A stretch of DNA of 64,000 nucleotides from Nemertoderma westbladi (taxonomy: Eukaryota > Animalia > Xenacoelomorpha). The stretch's first letter is position 1, and every line of letters begins with the position of its first letter. Under the pieces are notes generated by a model. It was not told the DNA's origin. It made no database searches and was given only the letters and a program-made list of their open reading frames with translations. Both the position numbers and the translations under genes were made by a program. The stretch covers positions 5,793 to 69,792 of the forward strand of contig JAUCBJ010007119.1 in NCBI GenBank assembly GCA_032718475.1, given 5' to 3'. Of this stretch, positions 1 through 12,580 are shown piece after piece.

Positions 1-376
1 GGTCTGAGGCAATTATAGCATAACCGCTTATCCCACACGACTGCACGTCTGTCTACAAGGGATTTCTTTAGAAATTCAGCACACGCACTCAAACGGTGGG
101 TCCCGTCGCACAGCGCACAGTTAGGTTTTATGTTACTCACTTTACCGTGGGTAACTTGATGCACTCTCGTTCTTTCTTCGGGTTTTCTTCGGTGCATTCT
201 GTTAGGAGACTGAGGAGGGGTCTTGGCAACCTGTTCTCTCCTATCGTTGTTTCGAGCCTTGTATTTACTTACGTCTTTTGAGGTTTTGTCAATATAGTAA
301 GATCGATCAGTGTCTTTCCCGCTGTCCTCTTCTTGAGAAGCTTGGCTTTCGCCGTCGTCAGTGTAACACACCGGTG
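1..376 (-). pseudogene. Frameshifted continuation of copy 1 gag (start of zinc-knuckle region)
   Basis: Aligns with 30480-30890 of copy 2 (CALCDGPHRL...CYNCL). Copy 1 lacks 4 nt (GTAA) near 405 relative to copies 2 and 3, which causes the stop at 377. Confidence 0.8.
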
Positions 377-3355
377 TTACTCTTCTCCTAGAAGCGGGTT
401 TCTCACCTTATTTTCCGATGTTTTCTCTCTGGACTGCTTGATGAGTTGTAGTTTTACCTCACCATCTAAGAAGGACATGAGATCAGCCATGGTAGGGCTT
501 CGTCGTTGTTGTTCATTCATGTACAACACTTTCTTGTCCCAGCGCGTACATACTCCACCCTTTGGTAAAGTAGAGACTACGGCTCCAATAACCATGGAAC
601 TCTGATATTCATGAGACTTACCTAACCAGTCCAATTGTCTACAGATCTCCTGAATCTCATCGGAAAACTCTATAATCCCGCTACTAAGGAAGTTTCGGGG
701 GGCTACTAATTTTGCATACAAATACTTAGCTATGTTATCCTTGTTACCATACCTGATGTTTAATGTATCCCAAACTTGTCTTAATCCTTCTGGATGTCCA
801 ATAAACTTTAACGCCATTAACTTGGGAGGTCCTTCCAAGCACTTGATGAGGAACCTAAGTTTCTCTCCGTTAGATAGCACAGAGTTCTGTATGCTGTCTT
901 TGTAATATTCGTTGAAAGGTAACCATTTCATCTCATCTCCATTGAATTTGACGATCTCTCCCACTTTGACCGCTTGGCGGGCTTCTGTTCTAGCCATCTG
1001 ACGCGTAAAGCTTTCTTGGGCCATCGTGTTATTTAATATCGAATTATCGGTATATAAATTTCTCGGATCATTATCAGGTCTATAGGGAATATCATTATCA
1101 ACAGTTCTATAATCACCCTTAATAGGGTTTGCTATAGGAGTTTCTACTTCACTAGCAGTATAGATGCGTGTAGGCTCCACACCTTGCGCATGTAATACTT
1201 CAGACCTAACAGGTTGACACAATTTTACAGGGGGTATTGGTATACCATTTTGTATGTTGACTAATTTGTCGCGTTCTAGCACGATACTTTGCTGCACTTC
1301 TTGCAATTCTGCCCTACCTTCCCTTACGGTTCCCTTAAGTTGGTGGACAGTCTCCTGCATCTGTCCGAGCAGGAGATTCATCCCCCGCCGTCCCTCCTCT
1401 ACCCACTCGACCGCCGAAGCGGGAGTCGCCAACATTGTAGCGGGCTGACGCGGAACGACAGGAGACAAATCTTTGATTTCTCTCTCAGCTTCCAGGACAG
1501 GGATATTCTCATGGACTGTTCTACCGGGCACAGGCAGTGTAGTACTGTGTAAAGGGAATTTAGAGTTAAGCTCTGGAAGTACAGGGGTCTCTAACACAGG
1601 AGTGACTTTGGGAACGACAGGCCTAATTATTTCAGGCTCATCAACTATAGTAGGGAGTTTTTTGACCTTAATAATTTGGTCTGTAGGTTCTATACTACTT
1701 AAGTCTGTGCTAGCTAGTTGTCTTCTAACAGCTGGGGGCAAATCAGGCAATTTGTGACGGTAAGATGTTTTTCTACGCCTGCTTAGACGAGATCTATTTC
1801 CTCCACCTTTAGGATCGGTGGTTTCGCTTTCCTCCGATGATGTATATCCCTGGCGTTTGGGAGTAGATCTTCTCATCATCTGCATGTGACTAGCAGTTAA
1901 CTGTTTATTTATGTTGTCTTGCGTCTCTTGCAGATTTTCCAACTCTAGTTGGGTAGTCTCCTCAGACGCTCTCAGTTCTGCTTTTGCCACCGCTGCCTTT
2001 CTTTCTGCTTCTGCTGCTGCCGCTGCCTTCGCTGCTTCTGCTTCTGGCGCTGCCTTTGCTGCTTCTGCTTCTGCCGCTGCCGCTACCTTTGCTGCTTCTG
2101 CTTCTGCCGCTGCCGCTACCTTTGCTGCTTCTGCTTCTGCCGCTGCCTTTGCTGCTTCTGCTTCTGCCGCCGTTACTGCTGCTGCTTTTCGGTCCTCTAT
2201 CTGTTTTTTCTTTACTTGTTCTTCTTGGACTCTAGTGAGGCGGAGTTTTTCATCAAATTCAGCTTGGTTTGCAGCTAACATTTCCGCATCGATTGCGTCC
2301 AACACAAGCTTTGTTCCTTCACTATTAGGGGAAAGTCCAGACAGCCGTCTCCTCAACTCTTCATCACCCAAGAAGCGTTGATAGTCTGACAGATAGATGT
2401 CTATGGCGTCTCTCGAGGGCGGCTTCTCTGCTGGTGTTTCTTCGCTTTCCATTTGAGAAAGGGTGGCATCGGTTGGTTCTTCATAGGTTGGTCTCTCAGC
2501 CAGCTGGGATTTCCACTGGGCCGTTTCTTGCACTTTGAGACCTACCCGCTGGAACCAAGTCTTGACAGCAACCTGCAGCGACGTGTCCTGTCTTCTTTTG
2601 GAAGTTTCCTCAAAGGCTGATAGGATTAGTCTAATACGTAGGGTTTTTTCACGTACTTGATAAAGCAGCTCTTCCTGCTCTTGAGGTCCTTGGGGTTGTC
2701 GAAACAATTGTTCTTCCAATCGCTCTAAGGAGCCGAAGAATCCCTGCACATATCCTGCTGCCGACCTCTTCCAAACAGCTGGATCCATCGTATCTTTAGT
2801 CACTCCCATCCTGTGTATATCTTCCCAAGTAGCTTCAGACAAATCTAACGGGAGTCCGGGTCCGGGAAAGTTCCATTGTGACTCGACAATAGACACCAAT
2901 TCTTCTCTGGCGTATCCCGCATAATCATCTTGGGTCGCTCTCTTACTTCTCGCCCAATCGGCTTGATGTTCCTCCACCGCAATCAATATAGTAGTTAGTA
3001 CTGCGGCAGGAAGGGTGAGAAGGGGATCCGAGTAGGCTGTAGCCGCCATCGGCAATCCGCGTTCGGGGGTCAGCTCTACAGTATCCGAACTACTGGAGCT
3101 ATCCGATCGCTGGGAACAAGTTTCTTGACTAGGATGTTGCTGCTGTTGGACAGCTGCTTCCTGGTTCCGTTTGACCTGGGCCCGAGTGCCGATGATGGAC
3201 CTACGGTGTTGGATTAGCTTAGGGTCTGATACTACTACGGGAGGGATGACCTTTCTTTCAGTAGGAGGTGAGCTGAACTCCTTTCTTAATCGCTCCACAC
3301 TCCTATCTGTGTCACAGATGGTTGTATCGATTAGACTGTCTGACAGGTTTTGCTG
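377..3355 (-). CDS. gag: BEL/Pao Gag (long N-terminal extension, Ala/Glu/Lys helical repeat, DUF1759-like capsid region)
   Basis: 973-aa ORF containing KFNGDEMKWLPF...LSNGEKLRFLIKCLEG...WDTLNIRYG. Homology to copies 2 and 3 extends the frame to QQNLSDSL at 3355. The true ATG (MSDTQ) is at 6179, beyond an insertion. Confidence 0.88.
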   Translation of the reverse strand, partial: QQNLSDSLIDTTICDTDRSVERLRKEFSSPPTERKVIPPVVVSDPKLIQHRRSIIGTRAQVKRNQEAAVQQQQHPSQETCSQRSDSSSSSDTVELTPERGLPMAATAYSDPLLTLPAAVLTTILIAVEEHQADWARSKRATQDDYAGYAREELVSIVESQWNFPGPGLPLDLSEATWEDIHRMGVTKDTMDPAVWKRSAAGYVQGFFGSLERLEEQLFRQPQGPQEQEELLYQVREKTLRIRLILSAFEETSKRRQDTSLQVAVKTWFQRVGLKVQETAQWKSQLAERPTYEEPTDATLSQMESEETPAEKPPSRDAIDIYLSDYQRFLGDEELRRRLSGLSPNSEGTKLVLDAIDAEMLAANQAEFDEKLRLTRVQEEQVKKKQIEDRKAAAVTAAEAEAAKAAAEAEAAKVAAAAEAEAAKVAAAAEAEAAKAAPEAEAAKAAAAAEAERKAAVAKAELRASEETTQLELENLQETQDNINKQLTASHMQMMRRSTPKRQGYTSSEESETTDPKGGGNRSRLSRRRKTSYRHKLPDLPPAVRRQLASTDLSSIEPTDQIIKVKKLPTIVDEPEIIRPVVPKVTPVLETPVLPELNSKFPLHSTTLPVPGRTVHENIPVLEAEREIKDLSPVVPRQPATMLATPASAVEWVEEGRRGMNLLLGQMQETVHQLKGTVREGRAELQEVQQSIVLERDKLVNIQNGIPIPPVKLCQPVRSEVLHAQGVEPTRIYTASEVETPIANPIKGDYRTVDNDIPYRPDNDPRNLYTDNSILNNTMAQESFTRQMARTEARQAVKVGEIVKFNGDEMKWLPFNEYYKDSIQNSVLSNGEKLRFLIKCLEGPPKLMALKFIGHPEGLRQVWDTLNIRYGNKDNIAKYLYAKLVAPRNFLSSGIIEFSDEIQEICRQLDWLGKSHEYQSSMVIGAVVSTLPKGGVCTRWDKKVLYMNEQQRRSPTMADLMSFLDGEVKLQLIKQSREKTSENKVRNPLLGEE

Positions 3356-3356
3356 G

Positions 3357-6164
3357 ACGGTCAGGGCCCTAAACCGATTAGGTTCTCTGTTCGCAGAACA
3401 CCGAACACTATTCCGGCCACGGAACTAGTCCAGCAGAATGCCTTTATAGAATCCTGGGATTTGTGGGACGAGAGGATCTCAGCAACTAAGCGAAAACGAA
3501 CAATAGGATGTTCCTAGACCCCCCCCCCCCCCAAAATTTATCTAGAAGACTTTTTCCCATATATATTACGTTTCAAAAGTCTACGGTTCTCCAGCTAGGG
3601 CCAATTTGAGTCAAAAAGTCAGCCTCCCTAGCAACCTCGTTGCTATGCGTACAAGTCCAGAACCGCTAATGCTACGGACTTGGGACCGGCGCCAAACTGT
3701 AGGCAGCATATGAGTTTACATTGAGGGAGTCTTTTGTGGAGGTGCCCAATCATGATCTTGACCATGATCAGCAAAGATCAGTTTTGATCAGGGATCGGAC
3801 ACTCAAGGCTTGCTCCAATCGAAAAACTTAACATTACAAAAAGATTCAGCGACCCCACATTAGTCATGATTCCCGTTAAAAGATTTAAAAAAAAGTGAAT
3901 TCTTCCCGGTCAAAACGCAAGATCATGATCGCGCAAAGATCGGACTTCGTAAAATTGTAACTAAGCATTTTGGATATAAACAATTACTGTAGGAAACGTT
4001 CAGAACACCGCCCTGAGTCGATTAAAAAAAAAATTGGCTCGATCGGACAACCGGTTCTCGAGATCTGATACCTGATCATTAAAGATCATATTTTTCGGTT
4101 TTTTCCAATTTTCTCGAAAACTTTGTTTGAGACCCCCGATTTTTTTTTTACGAATCGACCTCTATGGTGAAGGGGCAACTTTTGAGCATTTCGAAATTTT
4201 CAAAAAGCGATTTGATCAGGCCGCGATCAGAAAAGATCGTGTTTTTGGTTTTATTTCGAAGACCAAGTCCTGGGAGTTCACCGTATGGAAAAACTTAACA
4301 TCACAAAAAGATTCCTCACCCTCGAATTATGGGGGGTAGCCAAAATTTGGGCATAAAAAAGTTCAAGTCTTGTGGGTCAAAACTCAAGATCATGATCGCG
4401 AAAAGATCAGTATATTTAAAATCGAATCTAATCATTTTTCTAATAAACATTCATTGTAAGAAATGTTCAATGGTCTATTCTGAGTTGATTAAAAAAAAAA
4501 TTGGCTCGATCGGTCAACCGGTTCTCGAGATCAGCTTCCAGATCATAAAAGATCGTGTTTTTTGGTTTTTCCCGATTTTCTCGAAAACTTTGTTTGAGAC
4601 CCCCGATTTTTTTTTTACTAATCGACTTCTATTAAGAAGTGGCAACGTTTGGGCATTTCGAAATTTTCAAAAAGCGATTTGATCAGGCCATGATCAGGAA
4701 AGATCATGTTTTCGGTTTTATTTCGAAGACCAAGTCCTGTGAGTTCACCGTATGAAAAAACTTAACATTACAAAAAGATTCCTCACCCTCGAATTAGGGG
4801 GGGTAGCCAAAATTTGACCATAAAAAAGTTCAATTCTAGGGGGTCAAAAGATCATGATCGCGAAATGATCACTTTTTTCGAAATTACTTCTGAGCATTTT
4901 GGGGCAAAACTTTCAAATTAAAAAACATTCACTGGAGTGTTCTAAGTAGATTAAAACAAATTTCGACTCAATAGGCCTACCGGTACCGGAGATATGGTCG
5001 TCCAAAGTCTGCTTCCGGTAATTCGAAAATATTTCGAAAACCCTTGATCGAATTTTTTCCTTGAAAATATGTGAATGTACAGTTAGCGGACCCGCATCTA
5101 ACGATATATCACAATCCATATTTCGGATGACAGGTACCGGTGAAATCAGACTTTACCGAAAAAAATTTAAATTTTAGGTACTCATGTCTGACAATCTCGA
5201 AAACTATAACAGGTATGGAAATACTTTCACTGCAAGAAATGTTCGCCTATCCAATGCGCTTCTAACTCTGTGCTCGGATTTTGCATAGTGTCAAAACCTA
5301 CAACTTAACCCCCCCAGCGGAGGGAACGGAGTGACCGGAGCGCCAGTACTATCTTTCATTATTATATAGTAATAAGGGTGGAGGGTGGGGTAGGTGGTGA
5401 ATACTATTTATAGGGTGGAGGGAGGGTCTAGTATATTACTTTAGGATATTTGATTTCTTTGCAATATAGTTTAGCTGCCTCAGTCTTATTTATAATATGT
5501 TATACATTATACCAAATTATATCAAGTTTTAACATACTACATTGTCTACCTGTGGGAGAAATATACAATGTAGGGCTCATAATATATTTATAAGTAGATT
5601 AAGTATATTTACATTGTATAACAGAGTTAATTGATACTATTACGGTATTATACTAAAGACGCCGCTTCGATATATCTGATCAAATGGCAATTTCTGGTAA
5701 ATTATTTATTTCACTATCTTGGGTATATCATTCAATTTCTAAAACTATAATAATAAACATTTACTTCAGTTCTTGTTTACTCACATGGATATATTGATAT
5801 AAAATACATCAGTATAATATCTTATGGGGCCAAACGCAGATTAATCAGAATAATATGTTTAATTATTATTACAATTGGCACATTGAAGTAAGTAGTACAT
5901 GAGTTTGATAAAATAATAATGAATCCGTATCTTATTCTACTTTGTCTATATGATTATGTTATATAATAATGTTACTTTATCACTTTGGTTTAAACCGATC
6001 TCATTTACTATTACTTACTACTTATACTACTACTACTACTGCTACTATTACTACAACTACTACTGACTACTACAGAGTTATATATTATAAGAGGATGGGG
6101 TTCGTGATTATTAGTTATTATACAAGTGCCCCTCGGCTATAGAGAGTCCACCCTCGGTTGCTTA
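3357..6164. mobile_element. 2.8-kb unclassified insertion in codon 5 of copy 1 gag
   Basis: Absent from copies 2 and 3. Flanked by CTGG at 3353-3356 and 6165-6168, an apparent 4-bp duplication. Confidence 0.75.
3780..5370. repeat. Nested non-autonomous DNA/Helitron-like repeat with about 2.5 tandem units of about 468 bp, rich in GATC/TGATCA
   Basis: AAAAACTTAACAT recurs at about 3822, 4289 and 4756. TTGGCTCGATCGG recurs at about 4034 and 4501. A GC-rich hairpin-like end lies at 5310-5350. Boundaries are approximate. Confidence 0.55.
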
Positions 6165-8392
6165 CTGGGTGTCAGACATGTTTAGCTATAAGGTTGAATG
6201 CCTACTGCTATAGTTACGGTTAAAGCAAGTCTAGTAATTCAGTATGACCGTTGGCCTAGTACCGTTAATTTATTGCAGTATATTAGAATACCGGTATACA
6301 CTTATAGTATATATAAGTATTGTAAACTAGTTTTGTCACAGAGTACCAGTATATAATTTTAGCACAAATATATGTATATATATAATAGGCCTATCGTGAA
6401 TACCGGTATACAGCTTACACTTATAGTATATATAAGTATAATTATGAACTAGAATTAATTACAGAATACCGGTATGATTTCAACCCAAATTTATAGAAAT
6501 AAATATAATAAGCCTATGGTAAATACCGGTATGACAATTATTTTAGAATAATTGAATTTCTGAATATTTTAGGGTTACTTGGTTACTTTAACTTACTTTA
6601 TTACCGTTATTTAAGCAGTAGTCCAACTTATATTGAGACCTAGTTGTTGTATGGCAGGCCTACTATTTATAAATCGTTTGAGTTGATTTATAATATTTAT
6701 ATACCCGTTTAAAATGGGTTTTTTGTCAATATTTGAAATAAATGTTATTATTTCTGGGGGTCACTACACAGAAGCTGTGCGCTCTCAGTGAAGTGCTATT
6801 TATTGGACACTAAAACAGATAATTCTAATTTACCTAAGTTACTTAATACTACAAATTACTTACGATATGGGTGAGATTAAATCTCTAATTAAACACAACA
6901 AAAATATTACGTACGAATTTTTAGGGTAATTTTACAGGAAGTCTACAATCCAGTCTAACAAAGGGTTAGAATTCTGGTTATTACAACGGACAGGGTACTA
7001 CGGTATTTGAAAATAATAAGTAGTAGTAAATATATTGCACTGTCCAGATAAGAAAATACCACCGCCTGACGACCTATAGCAGTATCGCTATAGGTACTAC
7101 GTTATGTATCACGGAGTGTTCCTACCTGGAAGTTAATTACCGCGGACTACCAGATCCAACGTGCCTATTAACCACTTTACAACACAAATATACTGCCTAC
7201 ACACTAATTACTTTCGGAAAGCACTGTACACTAAACTCTAAATTAGGTACAAGTACTGGTACAACGAATAATCAGTAGTTAAATATACTTGAACAGTTAA
7301 AAGAACCACGGCATCTGCTGGAGTGACCAGAGCACAAAGTCACCAGTCTTTTCCTACGCCAAGCAGCCTGTGTAGTACCGGGGTTAATTTAACTATAACG
7401 GTATGTGTAACAAACACAATTACTGTAGGAATAAACTTGGGGACATGAATGTTGCGAATAATCGCATAAACTCTGAATAATAAATATTACGCTACCCGTA
7501 CAGAATACTCAAACAAAATACAAACCAAACGCTGGCCGACTACCACCAAGCCTAAATAAACTACAGTATGTGCAGATTCCGAAACGGTTAGTTAGTATGC
7601 GTTCTAACACGGTAGTACGACTTATTCTTTAAGAGGGGATTGACCTTACAGCTATGGCTGCCCCAACTTACTAACTGGCACTTTATCAGACAAACTCTAC
7701 ACACGCAGCAATCTCTTCAGACCTAATAATAGCTAGACAACAATCCAGCCTACAAAATATCTGAGTAATAACTATTACGGTACCTGAACAGACCACACAA
7801 ACAAACACAGGCCAAAACGCTGGCAGAATACTGTCAAGCCTAAATAAACTACAGTATGTGCAGATTCCAAAATGGTTAGTTAGTATGCGTTCTAACACGG
7901 TAGTACGACTTATTCTTTAAGAGGGGATTGACCTTACAGCTATGGCTGCCCCAACTTATTAACTGGCACTCTATCGGACAAACTCCACACACGCCGTAAT
8001 CTCTCCAAACCCAACAACAATCCGACAAACAGTTATCTGAACAATCTGAGCAGACTTACACGTCTTCAGCTCAATATTAACTTACTAGGAAATAAAACTG
8101 ACAGAAATAGACCTAAGTAAAATCCCAATAAAAACCAGGCGTCCCTGATTTAATATCGAGACCTACCGGTATACAATAATCAAATCGAATAATACTAATG
8201 TACTTATACTGGAAGTACCGGTTATGACAGTTGGGCCTACAGACCTACAGAAGTACCGGTTCTGGCAGTTGGACCTACGGACCTACAGCAGTACCGGTTC
8301 TGGCAGTTGGGCCTACTGACCTACAGAAGTACCGGTTCAGGTTTACCGGTCGACCGGTACTTTCTACTTTATTGCTTACTGCAATAAAGTCA

Positions 8393-8403
8393 ATAACTGT
8401 TAT
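8393..8403 (-). promoter_or_regulatory. Non-tRNA primer-binding-site position of copy 1 (ATAACAGTTAT)
   Basis: Directly abuts the 5' LTR end with no TGG. Identical in copies 2 and 3. Complementary to the LTR motif at 9143-9153. Confidence 0.6.
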
Positions 8404-9582
8404 TGTACGCGCTTTTGAAGACCTTTAGCAGTTTAACCTGCCAAAATTTATATGTCTTTTGGTTTATAAATAGACTTTAGAAGTTGACAAATATTTAATA
8501 CCAATAAACACAACATTAGCAGAAGCCAGCCTAGTGCGCGTCCATTCACCCGCTGGATATACCCGGGAGACTGGATTCTGAGGGCTTAGATTATTATTGC
8601 AGTGTAAGCTTACTGTATTATTCGATTGATCGTTAATAAATAATTTCTGACTAATATTATTCACTTTCGGGAAATATTAACAGTTCCTTTAGGACATGGC
8701 GCTCTATCTAGGTAAACAGAGATATGACTTATACTAATCACAACGGCAAGTCGGTAAGGCTTATGATTCATGTATGAGGCGCATTCTTTAGGAAATGCTT
8801 AGTTATCAGTCACAATCAGGCACACTACCGGTAACACACAATACTGCTCACTAATTTGCCGACCGTCAATGAATTTTATCATATATAAAGCGAACAGCAA
8901 CGGACTCATGTAGTGCTTATCAAATAGCATTAAATTCACTACAAACCACAACAATATAAGTCGCAATCGCTATATATAACCCGTCTCTCTAACCTGTAGT
9001 CTATCAAGAAAATTGGGAAATTTGGGTTCTTTATGGATGTTCTCCAAATAATATTCAACCAACTGATACAAAATATGACAACAGTAAATAGCAGTATAAT
9101 AATGTATGTTGAACCGATAATGTAAGACTGAAGTGAGATAAGATAACAGTTATACGCTCTATAATTTAAGCCTACTAATGTTTCTTCTAAAGTATGAAAA
9201 CGAGTTGACTCTAGAGCCGGTGTTCCTGGCCTAGATAGAAACAACACAACAGTATCACGAAAAACAGTAAGACTGAACACTCCTAGTATGATCTGCCAAA
9301 ATATCTCCACATCGACAGAAAAAATCGCTCTGATTGGCTGTTAAGCTAAACAAAGAACCATGTGTCCAATGGCCGTTTCCATGTCAGCAACCAGCTGTTA
9401 GATGTCGTAATCTGAATCATCAAGGCTAAGCTGTGCAAGGGTATTTGGTGCATTGCGGGTTTTTTGCCTTACCATGTCCGCCAAAGCACGTATATAGAAG
9501 AATGACTTTCATGTCCGTTAAAACACCTATAACGGTACCTTGCGGGCGAGGGGGACTGAGTATATCCGCAAAAGCTTTTACA
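8404..9582 (-). repeat. 5' LTR of copy 1 (1179 bp, divergent subtype)
   Basis: Runs TGTACGCG...TTTTACA and is homologous to 18031-19204. Confidence 0.9.
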
Positions 9583-9829
9583 ACTTGAGTTTGAGAAAAG
9601 ATATGAGAAAATTGCTTGCAGATTAGAAATCTCCATTAAATTCGGTACATGATAGGATAAAAACGTTTTTTGTCAATTTCCAAAATAAAGGATTTTTCCC
9701 TGTTAATTTTAATTTTAATATAGATAATCCTAAGGAACCTTACAGGTTAAATATAGATTACCGAGAAAAAAAACTACAGAAATACACAACAATACAGTGA
9801 TTAACAAACAATAATATGCACATTGAAAC

Positions 9830-11430
9830 CGGTTTAAAAAAAGTATATTTGTTGGGCATATAAAATACTTCATTGTGTCGTATCGTGTCAGTAATGAATT
9901 CCAATTGCCGACACACTGTCTATAATCTCTAATCTATCATCCAAAACTGTAAAACTCATCCCGAATATCCACATGAGCTGTAGTAGGTTAAATGACACTT
10001 AATTCTTGCGTGGCAGGTCTTGTGGTGTGGTGACATAATATATCCTGCATCTATGTAAACCAGGTATAGTATTACTGGCTGTATTGTTACTTCCACTTTT
10101 GTAAAATGTCACCTCGGTCACGCCTATCTGTATTCAAGTAATGGTCGCTTGTAGTCTACTTGTATAAGACGAGGAATTAATATTAAGGACCAACATATTG
10201 TTCTATAGATGCACCCTCGTACTTTTGTCCATATAATGTGGAAGTTCCAACATCTAATACCTCATTAGCCTTCTTGGTAGCTGCTGCACAACGATATTAT
10301 GATGGATTTTATGAGGCGTGCATATTGTGCGTGCACCCCAACATCATTTTCGAGGGTGAGACTCTGTTGTGTATTGGCAGAAATTGTAAACTGAAAGTCT
10401 TTGTTATGTTTACCAAAGTGCAAAATGTGACATTAAGAATAATGAAACAGCATCCTGCCAGTCTAGACTCCATTTAGGGAGATTGTTAATGTCGGTTTGA
10501 AATTTATTTCTGTCATTTTTTTTTTCAATTCAATTCAATGTTTATTTTACCCTTCAAATAATAATTCAAAATAACAACAATAACTCAGTATAAAATAGAA
10601 ATTAACATGAGTATATACTATATATGGTAAGTTCTATATAAATGGGTACTGGAGAAAAACCAAATAGCAGGGCTAGTAAACGGCTGCTCACCAGGAGGAT
10701 GGGATTATATAAAATGTAAATATATGTAACATTTGATAGAATGGATGTAGTAAGTAGTGGTTTGAAGTAATATTATACTGTAGGGTGTAGCAGATGCAGA
10801 ATAGAGAGGTGAAGAAGAAGATGGCATATAGACAGATAGATAATGTAGGTAAGGTAGAGTAGAAAGTAGATAGAAGAGAGAATAGGAAGGGTAGGGACTA
10901 TGTATTAGGTGTGCTAATTTAGCGATAGATTTATGGTAATTAGTCGGGGCAGACTGCGATTTTTTAACATTTTTTGTTTATACTGTAGGTCTATATATAT
11001 AATTGTATTTAGTAATACATAAATTTAATTTAATTTGGCGAATGACAACGAGTTATTTTAATAGATGGAGATTTAAACAGCCCCGGGTAATATTCATTTA
11101 ACCTCAAAGAGAGGAAAACGTGGTCCCGCGCCCGGGTAATGTTCGTGTACCCTCAAAAACTGTCGCAATCGTTCGCAATACCACTCAGTTTAGTGTCGTC
11201 CGCAAACTTAAATGAAGTATCCGCAATATTATCAAAAGCACTATCGATGTCATTGATATAAATATATATTAAAAAGAAGAGGCCTCAGAACCCTTGTGGA
11301 ACACCGGAAAGAACTGGTGCCCCATTCCAGAAAGCACCTTTTAGTAAACCACACACTAAAGTCTGCCAGATAACCACTATCGGCTGGAGCTTAATTTGAG
11401 TAGGTTGTACACGTTCTGGAACACAGTACC
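9830..11430 (-). pseudogene. Interrupted, degenerate CR1/L2-like LINE reverse-transcriptase fragments
   Basis: The minus strand at about 11240-11330 reads WAPVLSGVPQG...PLLFNIF, with a WNSL-like 3' motif near 9900. Heavily decayed. Confidence 0.5.
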
Positions 11431-12279
11431 CTTTTGGTTTATGATCATTTGGTTATTTGCGTCAATTTTTTTTCCAGGAGGGTGAAAATTGCATTTGATT
11501 GCATTAAGAGCCCCTCCCCCGAATCTATGACAACAGCATATACAATCTATACCCAAATCTTAATGTATAATGAATTTGAAATAAATGACTATAACTTAGA
11601 ATGATGCTGCTTTATCTCTCGTCGGTTTTTAGTTTCAGTATATTCAATTGACTCGCTTTGCTCATTAGTGTAAATAATCGCACTCAGGAGGCTAAAATCG
11701 CTATACACAATATAATAAACAGGTAGTAATTTATAGGAACATTATAGTTTCACTACTATACTACTATACTAGGTCATTATTACTCCAGTCATATAGATAA
11801 TAATCAGTAATTTAGAACTCTAAACTGTCTTTCATGCAAACAAAATTCTAACTAAAGACGGGTGAATGACCATGATCATGGAAATAATTTTAAATATAAT
11901 TCTATATCAACTATTTGGGGAGGCTTCCAAGTTAAACCCGAAAACAATTATTTCGTTCCATACATTATATAACGTTGTATGCTCTTCCTCTCATCACACT
12001 AATTTATTATAAATGAAATATCTCTGATGCCTGTAACATTTCACAACCAAATGTTTCTGTACGCCATTTCATACGCCCGCCCAAACAGCCGCAAACGCAT
12101 AGCCAACAAATTTAACAAAAGGTTACATACATGTTGGGTTCATGCGAGTGAAAATTGATCGTTTAATATAAACTAAATTAAAAGTCCGGCTTCCCTCCAC
12201 TTCCTTGCCCAATGGAATTGTTGTTGTTATAATCTAATGGGGTGGCTTTCTCTCGGTCGAGCGAACTCGGACAGTAGAA

Positions 12280-12580
12280 ATGAGATCCTTCCAGACTCTC
12301 CATAGTTGTCGCAATTTCGTTTCTCCTAAGTTCAGTATCCCTTTCAAGTTGATCTATATATGTTATGGCAGGTCGTCCACGACTACGATTTCCATGAGTT
12401 GGTTGCCAGAGAAGTAGATCTGGTATGACCTCGTCTTTACTTCGCAGCAGTGCCCACTGAATCTTAATCTGCGTTCACGGAGGGTGGTTGATACAGGTGG
12501 TATTGTACCATAAAGCTCGGCGTTTGTCATGTGTTGTCTCCAGCTGATGTTTAGGGCTGCCCTTAGTAACTTGTGTAGCA
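12280..12580 (-). pseudogene. RTE-clade LINE 3' fragment
   Basis: LLRAALNISWRQHMTNAELYG...LRERRLRFSGHC is the typical RTE ORF C-terminus. Confidence 0.7.

Larger units (their letters stand above)
1..9582 (-). mobile_element. BEL/Pao LTR retrotransposon copy 1 (5' LTR, long leader, gag; continues beyond the left edge of the window)
   Basis: LTR 8404-9582 (TG...CA) is homologous to the LTRs of copies 2 and 3. Leader and gag are colinear with those copies. A BEL-type Cys/His knuckle region lies at 1-376. Confidence 0.93.

Noticed and set aside
1911-2381. Plus-strand Ala-, Cys- or Leu-rich ORFs (also at 32476-32821 and 47215-47554)
   Set aside because: Antisense shadows of the gag Ala-rich repeat.
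3357-3425. Group II domain V/VI-like look of the gag insertion 3' end, and P1-like look of its 5' end
   Set aside because: No GUGYG start, no proper domain VI, and no group I core or exon-pairing guide found by eye.
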